Shown: in pieces, positions 19,020-28,024 of the stretch | How the letters are laid out: each line of letters begins with the position of its first letter | Numbering within the stretch: position 1 is the stretch's first letter | Source: a virus | Lineage: Duplodnaviria > Caudoviricetes | Virus record (IMG/VR): IMGVR_UViG_3300017758_000050 | Location: 1 to 33,990 of that record | Reading direction: 5' to 3' (one strand) | Length of the DNA: 33,990 bases | The notes under the pieces: generated by a model | The model's database searches: none | The model's input: only the letters and a program-made list of their open reading frames with translations | Told to the model about the DNA's origin: nothing | Made by a program: the position numbers and the translations under genes

Positions 19020-20567
19020 ATGGCAACAGTTATTCAAATCAAAAGAAGCACTGGCTTATCAGCTCCAACAGTCTCAGACTTATCGGAAGGTGAATTAGCG
19101 TATGTGCAAGATAGGGCTAACAGTGGTGCTAGTGCAAAACTTTTCATAGAATCTGTAGATTCAGACAACTCAACTCCTTTAATACAAGCCATTGGTGGTA
19201 AGTATTATACGGATATATTGGGTGGTTCATCTGCAACACCTGCTGACTTAAAAGTCGGTAATGGTGCAACTTCAGGTGGTTCTTTAAAGTTAATGGAAGA
19301 TTCAGACAACGGAACTAATTTCGTTGCTCTTAAATCTCCCGACTCAGTAGCATCAAATGTAAGCTTCGTATTACCATCTGCCGATGGTAGTGCAAACCAA
19401 GTTTTAGGAACAGATGGTTCAGGTAACCTTTCTTTCCTATCTACAACATCAACACTTGCTGGTGCATCAGACTCAGACATTTCTTCCCCAGCTGCTGGAC
19501 ACGTTCTAGTACATGACGGGTCAGATTCGTTTGACAATGTAGCAATTAGTGGTGATATAACAATGACATCAGCTGGTGTAACAACAATCGCAGCGGGTGC
19601 TGTTGATTTTGCTATGCTAAATGGTGCAGCTGTTCAAATCTCAAGTGAATCATTCTCAGACGATGATGTTTCACTTATGACTTCTGCTTCAATTCAAGAC
19701 TTAATTGAATCAAAAGTTACTGCTGAAGATTTAGACGTCGCTGGTGATAGTGGAACAGGTGCGATAGACTTAGACTCACAATCTTTAACGATTGCTGGTA
19801 CGGCTAACGAAATCGAAACTTCTGCTTCAGGACAAACTATTACAGTTGGTCTACCTAATGACGTAACAGTTAGTAATAATTTAACAGTTTCAGGTAACTT
19901 AATATCAGACGATATTACTGCGTCAACAATGACTGCAAGTGGTAACGTTGTTGTTACTGGAAACTTAACAGTTAACGGAACTACAACTACTGTAAACTCA
20001 ACAACTACATCAGTTGCTGACCCAGTATTTGAAATCGGTGACGATGCTTCAGACGATAACCTTGATAGAGGTTTGAAATTTAAGTATAACTCAGGTGGTG
20101 CAAAAGTAGGTTTCTTCGGTTACGATGATACAGACGCTGCATTTACATTTATACCTGATGCAACCGATTCTTCATCAACTTTCTCAGGAAGTGCTGGTAA
20201 CGTTAAATTTGGTGGATTAGCTTTAACAGGTTCAATCACATCAATTGACGGGTCTGCTCCAACAGCAGGTCAGATTCTAATTGGACATGGAACTAATGGT
20301 GACATGGCACTTGGAACACTTACAGCTGGTGAAGGTATTGACGTTACTAATGCTGACGGAACAATTACTTTAGCTGCCGAAACTGCAACTTCATCTAACT
20401 TAGGTGTGGCTTCATTCGGTTCAAGTTACTACACAGTAACAGCTGGAGACGTAGCAATTAACGATGCAACTACTTCAAGTAAAGGTATAGCTTCATTCGA
20501 CTCAGATAATTTCACACTCACTTCAGGTGACGTTGCAATTACTGCTATTGATGGTGGAACATTTTAA
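19020..20567 (+). CDS. Tail fibre protein (IQIKRS...GELA N-terminal domain, DGGTF C-terminus)
   Basis: MATVIQIKRST..AP....L.EGELA start; Ser/Thr/Gly/Asp-rich; GNLTVNGTTTTVNST module; ends IDGGTF. Confidence 0.8.
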   Translation: MATVIQIKRSTGLSAPTVSDLSEGELAYVQDRANSGASAKLFIESVDSDNSTPLIQAIGGKYYTDILGGSSATPADLKVGNGATSGGSLKLMEDSDNGTNFVALKSPDSVASNVSFVLPSADGSANQVLGTDGSGNLSFLSTTSTLAGASDSDISSPAAGHVLVHDGSDSFDNVAISGDITMTSAGVTTIAAGAVDFAMLNGAAVQISSESFSDDDVSLMTSASIQDLIESKVTAEDLDVAGDSGTGAIDLDSQSLTIAGTANEIETSASGQTITVGLPNDVTVSNNLTVSGNLISDDITASTMTASGNVVVTGNLTVNGTTTTVNSTTTSVADPVFEIGDDASDDNLDRGLKFKYNSGGAKVGFFGYDDTDAAFTFIPDATDSSSTFSGSAGNVKFGGLALTGSITSIDGSAPTAGQILIGHGTNGDMALGTLTAGEGIDVTNADGTITLAAETATSSNLGVASFGSSYYTVTAGDVAINDATTSSKGIASFDSDNFTLTSGDVAITAIDGGTF

Positions 20568-20598
20568 TAATAGTTAATCAATCAATTAGGAGAGTCAA

Positions 20599-21720
20599 AT
20601 GGCAACTGTAATTACATTTAAAAAGAGTTCTACTCAGAATGCAGTCCCTACTACTAGTAATCTAGTATTGGGTGAATTAGCACTAAACACTTACCATGGT
20701 AGGGTTTATACTGAGAAGAATGATGGAACAGCGGCCGTTGTCGAGGTTGGGTCAGTCCCCGCCTCTTTGACAATCAATGATGCTATTACTTTCCCTACTT
20801 CAGACGGAACATCAGGACAAGTATTATCAACAGACGGAAGTGGAACACTTTCTTTTGCAGACTCATCGTCTTCATCAGATAACATTTACACATTCTCTGT
20901 AACTTCAAATACTACTGCATTCAGTGGTAACGATGATGACGGACAAACATTGTCCTATTCAATCGGTGAAGAACAAGTATACTTAAATGGTGTCCTTTTA
21001 GTAGATGGAGGTGCTGACTATACAACAACTAGTACAACAGTTATCACATTACAGGCTAATGCCGTAAGTGGTGATGTATTGGTGGTCAGAACGCCTGGTT
21101 CTGCTTCAACTTCTGCTTCCACAGGAAACAGTGAGTTCTCAGCAACCACAGCTGACCAAAGTTTATTAGCAGTTCCAGTGGCGAACAGAGCAATTAAGGT
21201 AAACTTAGTTGCAACACACGCCTCGGCAGGTAATCACTTTGCAGAAGTCGTAGTGTTAAATGACGGAAGTAATTCTTATATCTCACAATTTGCAGACACA
21301 TTTACGAATGCAAGTCTGTTTACACTTGCTACTGATATCAGTGGTAGTGATATGAGATTGTTAATTACTCCAGCAAATACAAACACTACAGTTTCAAGTT
21401 CTTATATTAAACTTCCAGCTGCTGGAAACTCTACAACATTCTCTGCTACTACAGCAGACCAAGTGTTGTCTAGTGTTTCAACAGGAGTTAAAGGTATTAA
21501 ATATGAGTTGGTGGCAACACATGCCTCCGCTGGAACTCACTTTGCAGAGGTGACATTGACAAACGATGGTTCAGATGCATACTTCGTCCAATTTGGAGAC
21601 GTATACTCAAACGCTTCATTGTTTACATTAAGTGCAGACGTAAGTGGAAGTAATCAAAGACTTCTTATTACACCTGCGAATACTAACACAACTGTTTCAG
21701 TTAAGAAAACAACATTATAG
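20599..21720 (+). CDS. Tail fibre protein with duplicated C-terminal domain
   Basis: AGGAG RBS; MATVITFKKSS..AVP....L..GELALN start; VYLNGV..DYT domain; two ~97-aa paralogous domains. Confidence 0.78.
   Translation: MATVITFKKSSTQNAVPTTSNLVLGELALNTYHGRVYTEKNDGTAAVVEVGSVPASLTINDAITFPTSDGTSGQVLSTDGSGTLSFADSSSSSDNIYTFSVTSNTTAFSGNDDDGQTLSYSIGEEQVYLNGVLLVDGGADYTTTSTTVITLQANAVSGDVLVVRTPGSASTSASTGNSEFSATTADQSLLAVPVANRAIKVNLVATHASAGNHFAEVVVLNDGSNSYISQFADTFTNASLFTLATDISGSDMRLLITPANTNTTVSSSYIKLPAAGNSTTFSATTADQVLSSVSTGVKGIKYELVATHASAGTHFAEVTLTNDGSDAYFVQFGDVYSNASLFTLSADVSGSNQRLLITPANTNTTVSVKKTTL
21124..21717 (+). repeat. Internal tandem domain duplication, 300-bp period
   Basis: FSATTADQ...LVATHASAG.HFAEV...NDGS...NASLFTL..D.SGS..RLLITPANTNTTVS present twice. 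Confidence 0.85.
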
Positions 21721-21730
21721 GAGATAAATC

Positions 21731-22141
21731 ATGCCAAAAACTAATGCATTTAAAATCGCTGAGTTAATTCGTGCTATCACTTATGATGTATCTAATGATG
21801 AAATAGTAACAACCAAAGCCATACAGTCTAAGAATAAAAAGACTGGTGGAGACACATATACTGCAACAACTCAAGTTGCACTCGATACATTTGCTCACGC
21901 AGATTTCAGAGCTGCAAGATATGTTATTGCAATGGACGAGGGAACAAACTTCCACTCAACCGAAATTATGTTAGTCCACGATGGTTCTGCAGTTACTATG
22001 ACAGCATATGGAACATTAAAAGACACCAATCTTGCAACTTTTGATGCAGATATCAATGGTGCAAATGTTAGATTACTTATTACACCTGCGAGTGCAAATA
22101 GCACAATCGTCAAGTTTGATAGAACAGTGGTAGACGCTTAA
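21731..22141 (+). CDS. Fibre-associated structural protein (LDTF...R.ARY..HSTE..VHDG domain)
   Basis: AGGAG RBS; domain paralogous to those in the 20599 and 22245 proteins. Confidence 0.7.
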   Translation: MPKTNAFKIAELIRAITYDVSNDEIVTTKAIQSKNKKTGGDTYTATTQVALDTFAHADFRAARYVIAMDEGTNFHSTEIMLVHDGSAVTMTAYGTLKDTNLATFDADINGANVRLLITPASANSTIVKFDRTVVDA

Positions 22142-22169
22142 CATCAAGTAAATTAAAAAAAATCTTTTT

Positions 22170-22195
22170 AGGGGAACTTCGGTTCCCCTTTTTTT
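22170..22195 (+). terminator. Rho-independent terminator with C(UUCG)G tetraloop
   Basis: AGGGGAAC-TTCG-GTTCCCCT followed by a T run. Confidence 0.92.
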
Positions 22196-22209
22196 AGCCC
22201 GAAAAAAAC

Positions 22210-22217
22210 CATAAATA
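22210..22217 (+). promoter_or_regulatory. Late promoter variant CATAAATA
   Basis: Just after the terminator, upstream of the 22245 gene. Confidence 0.7.
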
Positions 22218-22244
22218 GATTTAGACATTATAAACGAGTATTCT

Positions 22245-23078
22245 ATGGCAACAAATTCCAAATTCATTGCAGATTTAGGTTTAAAAACAGATGCAGATTT
22301 ACAAGTAGACGGAAACGTCACTGTATCGGGTAATCTAACTGTAAATGGCACTAACACTATAGTTAATTCCACTACAACTTCAGTGGAAGACTCAATGTTG
22401 GAACTTGCAAATGCAAACTTATCTTCTGATACACTTGATATAGGTATTTACGGAAACTATGATGACGGATTGGGTGACGGAGTATCAGAATACACTGGAT
22501 TTTTCAGAGATGCAAGTGATTCTACATGGAAATTGTTTGACGGATTAGAGGCAGAACCTACAACTACAGTTAATGTTAGTGCATCAGGTTATTCACTTGC
22601 AGACTTACAGGTGGGTGACTTAACTGCAACTACTTTGACTGCAACCAATAGTCTTACAGGGTCTTCTATAACCTATCCTACCTCAGACGGAACAAACGGA
22701 CAAGTTCTTACAACAAATGGTAGTGGAACATTGTCTTTTGCAGATGCAAGTGGTGGATTAGAGGCAGGAACAATTACAACAACGTCAACTAGTATAACAA
22801 ATTTAGATAGTATTGCAATTGCATCGTATAGAGGTGCAAAATATTCGATAACTGCATCAGATTCTACTGGTGGAGTGTATCAAATCACTGAATGTCATGT
22901 GATTCATGACGGAACTAATGCTAGTATATCACAATTTGGTACAGTATTGCAAGGTGGGTCAAGTGAATTGGGTACATTTACAGCAGATATAGACAGTGGA
23001 AATCTAAGATTAAGAGTAACAAGTGCCTCAACTAACTCTACAGTTTATAAGTTCAAAAGGATTGACCATTCAGTCTAA
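22245..23078 (+). CDS. Tail fibre protein
   Basis: F...GL N-terminal motif; GNLTVNGT.T.VNSTT module; YPTSDGTNGQVLTTNGSGTLSF; C-terminal YRGAKY..HDG domain. Confidence 0.75.
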   Translation: MATNSKFIADLGLKTDADLQVDGNVTVSGNLTVNGTNTIVNSTTTSVEDSMLELANANLSSDTLDIGIYGNYDDGLGDGVSEYTGFFRDASDSTWKLFDGLEAEPTTTVNVSASGYSLADLQVGDLTATTLTATNSLTGSSITYPTSDGTNGQVLTTNGSGTLSFADASGGLEAGTITTTSTSITNLDSIAIASYRGAKYSITASDSTGGVYQITECHVIHDGTNASISQFGTVLQGGSSELGTFTADIDSGNLRLRVTSASTNSTVYKFKRIDHSV

Positions 23079-23137
23079 AAATATTTAATTTATTTTCAAT
23101 AAAGACCATTTATCTTTCGTTATGGGGACTCGGTCTT

Positions 23138-23145
23138 TATAAATA
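23138..23145 (+). promoter_or_regulatory. T4-type late promoter TATAAATA
   Basis: Exact consensus; AGGAG RBS downstream. Confidence 0.82.
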
Positions 23146-23181
23146 TTCAGGTACAAATCAAAAGTTAGGAGATTTCACTCA

Positions 23182-23442
23182 ATGGCAACACAAAATACAT
23201 TCGTAATTGAGTATGGTTTGACAGTAGGTACTACTGAAATCATATCAAGTGCTGGTAAACTTGCTTCATCTGCATTATCGTTATTAGACACCGATGCACT
23301 TTCTGAAGGGTCAGTGAATCAATACTTTTCAAACTCTCTTGCAAGAGGTGCTATATCACTTGCGAGTGGAGAATCAAATTTAAGTTATAATTCATCTTCA
23401 GGTGAATTATCATTACCACAATTAGATGGGGGAACATTTTAA
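23182..23442 (+). CDS. Small fibre adaptor protein ending in DGGTF
   Basis: 86 aa; F.IEYGLTVG start, TDALSEGS.NQYF motif, ends LDGGTF. Confidence 0.68.
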   Translation: MATQNTFVIEYGLTVGTTEIISSAGKLASSALSLLDTDALSEGSVNQYFSNSLARGAISLASGESNLSYNSSSGELSLPQLDGGTF

Positions 23443-24914
23443 TGACAGCTAAGAATTTTAATATCAAAAACGGATTATCCGTTGGTGGTGTAGAAGTAAT
23501 CAACTCATCAGGTGACCTTGTCGCTGGTGGTGTTGGAACTGCAGTACAAGAAGCAATTGCAGACAAAATCGGTGGAATTATCCAAGGTTCAGGTTCAACA
23601 ACTGTAACCTATGATGACACTGCAGATACAATTACAATCTCATCAACAGGTAAAACAGAAGAAGAAATACAAGATATCGTTGGTGCTCAGTTAGTAACCA
23701 ATGGTTCTCATACAAATATCACTGCAGCTTATGATGACTCAGGTGATGGTGCAGTTGATTTATCAATAACAGACGCTGCAATCAGAGGAAAGGTATCAGT
23801 AACAGACGCAGGTGGAGATGGTTCACTTGCATACGATAACGGAACTGGTGTAATCACATATACAGGGCCAAGTGCTTCAGAAGTACAAGCACATATCACT
23901 GCTGGAACTGGTGTTGGAATCAGTTCAGGTGCAGTAAGTATCGGTCAAGCAGTTGCAACTTCAGATAAACCTTCATTTGCTGGTATAACACTTACTGCAG
24001 ATTCAGATGTAACAGGTCATATCATACCAACTGCAGATAACACTTACGACTTAGGTAGTTCTTCCAAGATGTGGAGAGATGTCTATATCGGGCCAGGTTC
24101 ATTATATGTTAATGGTCAAAAAGTTATCGAAGACGATTCAGGAACAATTACTGTTTCTGCAGACGCTAACCAAAACGTTAGTGTTCAAACAAGTGGTTCG
24201 GGAGACGTAGAATTAGACCCAACAGGTTCAGGAAGTATCCAATTAAAAGGCCCAGTTTCAATAACAGCAGGTTCAAACGTTGGTTCCTCAGACGGAAATG
24301 CAATTGCATTCTCAAACTCAATTGACGTAGACGCAATCGAGTCAAGAAGTACAGACACAAACTTAGTTCTTAGTGCAAACGGAACAGGTGTTGTTGCAGT
24401 TAGTGATTCACTAACAGTTTCAGGTAACTTAACAGTTAGTGGTACAACTACTACAGTTAATTCAGAAACTATTTCACTTGCAGACAACATTATTGCATTG
24501 AACAGTAATTTCACTTCAGGTTCACCAACAGAAGATTCAGGTCTTAGTATCACTAGAGGTGGTTCAGCTGCAAAAACTCTTCTTTGGGACGAAACAAATG
24601 ACAAATGGACTGTAGGTTCAGAAACTTTTGTTGCTGCGACTTTTGAAGGTGCATTAACTGGAAACGTAACAGGTAATGTCGTTGGAGATGTGACTGGAGA
24701 CGTAACAGGAACAGCTTCCAATGCAACTCTTGCTGTAAATGCACAAGGGTTAACTGGAACACCTAATATTTCAGTCGGAACAATAGCTTCAGGTGCGGTT
24801 ACTATAACAAATGCAACGAATGCTGGTGGAACTGCAAGAAATGTATACCAATCAACATCAGCTCCTGCTTCAGGTGATGGTGCGGTTGGTGATTTGTGGA
24901 TTCTTTACTCCTAA
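23442..24914 (+). CDS. Tail fibre protein ending in SAP...GDLW motif
   Basis: FNIKNGLSVG start; IIP..DNTYDLGS....WRDVY; GNLTVSGTTTTVNS; GNVT repeats; ends STSAPASGDGAVGDLWILYS. Confidence 0.8.
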   Translation: MTAKNFNIKNGLSVGGVEVINSSGDLVAGGVGTAVQEAIADKIGGIIQGSGSTTVTYDDTADTITISSTGKTEEEIQDIVGAQLVTNGSHTNITAAYDDSGDGAVDLSITDAAIRGKVSVTDAGGDGSLAYDNGTGVITYTGPSASEVQAHITAGTGVGISSGAVSIGQAVATSDKPSFAGITLTADSDVTGHIIPTADNTYDLGSSSKMWRDVYIGPGSLYVNGQKVIEDDSGTITVSADANQNVSVQTSGSGDVELDPTGSGSIQLKGPVSITAGSNVGSSDGNAIAFSNSIDVDAIESRSTDTNLVLSANGTGVVAVSDSLTVSGNLTVSGTTTTVNSETISLADNIIALNSNFTSGSPTEDSGLSITRGGSAAKTLLWDETNDKWTVGSETFVAATFEGALTGNVTGNVVGDVTGDVTGTASNATLAVNAQGLTGTPNISVGTIASGAVTITNATNAGGTARNVYQSTSAPASGDGAVGDLWILYS

Positions 24915-24933
24915 TACGGGGTAAAGTGTCACA

Positions 24934-24941
24934 CCTAAATA
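24934..24941 (+). promoter_or_regulatory. Late promoter variant CCTAAATA
   Basis: TAAATA core in the gap before repeat protein B; GGAG RBS downstream. Confidence 0.55.
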
Positions 24942-24967
24942 ATAGTATGTTAATGGAGACAATATAA

Positions 24968-25597
24968 ATGGCAACAGGTTTTTATCAATCACCAGCGATA
25001 GCATATGCTCAGCAACCCTTTACGTATCAGAGTCCTTTTACGTATTCTGCTAGGTATCCTGCTAATGCTAGACAACCTTTTACGTATCAGTCCCCCTTTA
25101 CGTATAATGCAAGGTATCCAGCGAGTGCTCAACAACCATTCACATATCAGTCACCATTTACATACAGGGTGCCTTATATTGCTAATGCAAGACAACCAGT
25201 AATTTATAGACACCCATTTACATATAGGGTTCCATATATTGCTAATGCTAGACAACCGATTATCTATCAACATAGGTCTCCATTCACTTATAGAAACCCA
25301 GTGAGTGCTCAAGAACCTAATATCAGAAATAGTCAGACACCTTTCACTTACAGAAACCCAGTGAACGGACAGGAACCTAATATTAGAAATAGTCAGACAC
25401 CTTTCACTTACAGAAACCCAGTGAATGGTCAAGAACCTAATATTAGAAATAACCAAACACCATTTACGTATCAGAATAGACAACCATTCACCTATCAGAA
25501 TAGACAGCCTGGAACGTATGCAACTCAAGGAAGAACACCCGAAGCAAGGTGGGACGGAGTCGTGTCACAACAGTGGCCTGCACAACCAATTAGTTAA
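24968..25597 (+). CDS. Gln/Pro/Tyr/Arg-rich repeat protein B (20-aa period, 12 PFTY motifs)
   Basis: 209 aa, GGAG RBS; no Leu, Lys or Cys; almost entirely repeats. Confidence 0.72.
   Translation: MATGFYQSPAIAYAQQPFTYQSPFTYSARYPANARQPFTYQSPFTYNARYPASAQQPFTYQSPFTYRVPYIANARQPVIYRHPFTYRVPYIANARQPIIYQHRSPFTYRNPVSAQEPNIRNSQTPFTYRNPVNGQEPNIRNSQTPFTYRNPVNGQEPNIRNNQTPFTYQNRQPFTYQNRQPGTYATQGRTPEARWDGVVSQQWPAQPIS
25280..25470 (+). repeat. 60-bp tandem repeat x3 (PFTYRNPVNGQEPNIRNSQT)
   Basis: Three near-identical consecutive 60-nt units. Confidence 0.9.
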
Positions 25598-25607
25598 GGA
25601 ATAAGAT

Positions 25608-26390
25608 ATGGCATCAGGAAATCAATCAGTTAAAACACCTACAGGTTGGAATGCAACCCAAGGTGCTTGGGTCAAGTCAGGTTCAGGTACTTGGAGTGCA
25701 GTAGACCAAATCTATATTAAGACACCTACAGGGTGGAACAATGCTTCAGGTCAAGAACTTACACAAGTTCCATATCCTTATATTGCAAATAGTCAAACAC
25801 CTTATATTGCTAATGGACAACAACCATATATTGCAGATGCAAGACAACCTGCTGAGTATCAGTTTAGGTCTCCATTTACTTATCAGAACCCAAGTAATGC
25901 AAGACAACCTAATACGTATCAACATAGGTCACCATTCACTTATCAGAATCCAAGTAATGCTAGACAACCTAACACTTATAGTTACAGGTCTCCATTCACT
26001 TACAGAAGTCCTGTAAATGCTCAAGAACCTAATATAAGAAACAAACAGTCACCATTTACATATGACGCAAGGTATCCTGCGAATGCTCAGTCACCTAGTA
26101 ATAAACAGTCACCTTTCACATATAGTGCAAGGTATCCTGCGAATATTAGACAACCAGTTCCAGCAAGAAACCCATTCACATATAGGGTTCCATATATTGC
26201 TAATGCTAGACAACCAGTTCCAGCAAGGAACCCGTTCACATATCGTGTGCCTTATATTGCGAATGCGAGACAACCCGTTCCTGCTAGGAACCCATTCTCG
26301 TATCAACATAGACAACCAGTCGTATACTTCTATGGTTTCCAAGGTGGTGGATTCCCAAGTGGTAACACTAAAAACGTTATGGAATTTTAA
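25608..26390 (+). CDS. Gln/Pro/Tyr/Arg-rich repeat protein C with N-terminal VK..GW anchor-like motif
   Basis: 260 aa, AAGGA RBS; SVKTPTGW / WVKSGSGTW / YIKTPTGW followed by 20-aa PFTY repeats. Confidence 0.72.
   Translation: MASGNQSVKTPTGWNATQGAWVKSGSGTWSAVDQIYIKTPTGWNNASGQELTQVPYPYIANSQTPYIANGQQPYIADARQPAEYQFRSPFTYQNPSNARQPNTYQHRSPFTYQNPSNARQPNTYSYRSPFTYRSPVNAQEPNIRNKQSPFTYDARYPANAQSPSNKQSPFTYSARYPANIRQPVPARNPFTYRVPYIANARQPVPARNPFTYRVPYIANARQPVPARNPFSYQHRQPVVYFYGFQGGGFPSGNTKNVMEF
26148..26320 (+). repeat. 60-bp tandem repeat x3 (RQPVPARNPFTYRVPYIANA)
   Basis: Units nearly identical in protein, differing mainly at third codon positions. Confidence 0.88.
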
Positions 26391-26408
26391 TAACAATTTA
26401 AAAAATCT

Positions 26409-26435
26409 AAAAGGGACTTTCGAGTCCCTTTTTTT
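26409..26435 (+). terminator. Rho-independent terminator with UUCG loop
   Basis: AAAAGGGACT-TTCG-AGTCCC-TTTTTTT. Confidence 0.92.
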
Positions 26436-26438
26436 GTA

Positions 26439-26446
26439 CCTAAATA
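26439..26446 (+). promoter_or_regulatory. Late promoter variant CCTAAATA
   Basis: Immediately after the terminator, 6 nt before the ATG at 26453. Confidence 0.6.
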
Positions 26447-26452
26447 TTGTGT

Positions 26453-28024
26453 ATGAAACATTTGAAATACTTTACAGAACTGCAAGAACACATTAAACCC
26501 GAGGATTGGAATTTAAAAGAATTACCAATTCATGAACTCCACCAAAGAGAATCATATCACTTGGGTAGTTTCCAAGACCTTGATTATATCAACAAGGATT
26601 CAGAAGAATACAAAATGTTCAAATATGTCTTTGAGAACATTATACCACCCACAAAAATTATTAAGTGGGGAGATATCTTGGAACAACGTAAGAACAAATC
26701 ATTTATAGGATTCCAAGGAACTGCATTGGAAGCTATGCATTATCTCAAATATCTACCACACTTATACACTTGGCAAGAAAGAGAGGGTAGACAAGTAGGT
26801 CAAATGGATTCAAGAGACCTTCAAGATAATTTTGTAGATATAAGAGACTATACAGAATTAACCGAAGAACAGAAAACGGAAGACCATGTAGAAATCTCTC
26901 TAAACTCTATGTATTACCATAGTGCAAAGGCACACTGGTTAGTTCAAAGTATACAAGAAGAAGGTTTACGACACCCAATTCAAGGAACAACATTTAAAGT
27001 TGATGATAGATTTGGTTTTAGAATTCACCCAGGCTCTATTAGGTCAAAAGTATTTGAAGAATTAGAAGACCCAAACTTTGAAATATACTGTACGGATTTA
27101 TGGGATATATTTGATTCTGAACCTTTGACTTGTGATGAAGCACTGGAGTATTGGAATCAAAAATTAAAGGCAAGAAATGATTTAGTTAAACATAGAGGAA
27201 TGTCCGTAACATTCTGTACTGGTAATATAGAATACAATCATGACTTAATGGAGTTAGGTTTTAGAAAAGAAGTTTATAAACATAGTAGAAAGGCGTCCTT
27301 ACAATCAAAAGGTAAACCACTAAACATTTACATTGGATATGATAGTACCCACGGAGACCTTGCAGATATAAATGAATCTTCAATACTTGATACACTTCAA
27401 GTAGGAAGAGGACACATGATTGAACAAACACATTGGATACCTGAAATCAAATTGCTTGACATTTCAAAACTTCCCGATTATAATAGAGAATATGCAAACC
27501 AGTCTACTGAATTTACATACAGTAGATTTTTAATTCCATACTTAGAAAATTTTGAAGGTTATAGTATCTTCATGGACAATGATTTCATATGGAGAAAGTC
27601 ACCACTACCTTTATTCTATTACTTGAATTTAGACGATGCAGTTGCATGTATTCAATATCAACAGATTGAACATGATACAACTAAATTTAATGGTGAGGTT
27701 AATATAGATTATCCTAAAAAACTATGGTCAAGTCTTATGGTGTTTAATAATGGTCATGAAGACTGTAAGAAGTTAACACCCGAAGTAGTAAATACTTGGA
27801 CTGGAAAACAATTACACCAGTTTGAATGGACGGATAAGATTAGTAAAATACCCGAAAAGTATGTCTTTACGGAGGGGTATGACAACCCTGATGAGAAATG
27901 GGATTATCATGGTATTCACTACACAAGAGGAGGCCCATGGGTAAAAGACATGGATTACTCCAACATAAATAACTTAGATGATTGGTTAAAAGCAAAAAAT
28001 AGCTTGCAAAAGAAGAACCAATAG
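26453..28024 (+). CDS. Two-domain protein: unknown N-terminal domain plus GT-A (GT8/Cdi-like) glycosyltransferase
   Basis: IYIGYD, STEFTYSRFLIPYL, IFMDND (DxD), YPKKLWSSLMVFN, LHQFEW, IHYTRGGPW; ATG at 26453 preferred over TTG at 26447. Confidence 0.8.
   Translation: MKHLKYFTELQEHIKPEDWNLKELPIHELHQRESYHLGSFQDLDYINKDSEEYKMFKYVFENIIPPTKIIKWGDILEQRKNKSFIGFQGTALEAMHYLKYLPHLYTWQEREGRQVGQMDSRDLQDNFVDIRDYTELTEEQKTEDHVEISLNSMYYHSAKAHWLVQSIQEEGLRHPIQGTTFKVDDRFGFRIHPGSIRSKVFEELEDPNFEIYCTDLWDIFDSEPLTCDEALEYWNQKLKARNDLVKHRGMSVTFCTGNIEYNHDLMELGFRKEVYKHSRKASLQSKGKPLNIYIGYDSTHGDLADINESSILDTLQVGRGHMIEQTHWIPEIKLLDISKLPDYNREYANQSTEFTYSRFLIPYLENFEGYSIFMDNDFIWRKSPLPLFYYLNLDDAVACIQYQQIEHDTTKFNGEVNIDYPKKLWSSLMVFNNGHEDCKKLTPEVVNTWTGKQLHQFEWTDKISKIPEKYVFTEGYDNPDEKWDYHGIHYTRGGPWVKDMDYSNINNLDDWLKAKNSLQKKNQ

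Noticed and set aside
19020-21720. Diversity-generating retroelement, suggested by Mtd-like N-terminal motifs
   Set aside because: No reverse transcriptase and no template/variable repeat pair differing at adenines in this window
23099-23140. Inverted repeat ATAAAGACC/GGTCTTTAT overlapping the late promoter
   Set aside because: AT-rich 9-bp stem with a 24-nt loop and no U-tract; could be chance
8689-24914. Assigning T4 names gp9, gp10, gp11, gp12, wac or gp34-38 to fibre genes
   Set aside because: No diagnostic motifs recognised; marine T4-like phages use different fibre sets
25280-26320. 60-bp repeats as a CRISPR array
   Set aside because: Contiguous in-frame coding repeats with no unique spacers and no cas genes
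24968-26390. Repeat proteins as RiPP precursors
   Set aside because: No leader/core layout, protease or transporter; late-promoter and fibre context favour a structural role, though processing is not excluded
17628-26496. Alternative-frame + strand ORFs inside the repeat genes (17628-17933, 25005-25202, 25741-26016, 26062-26496)
   Set aside because: By-products of repetitive codons; no RBS or slippery site seen; wobble variation supports the PFTY frame
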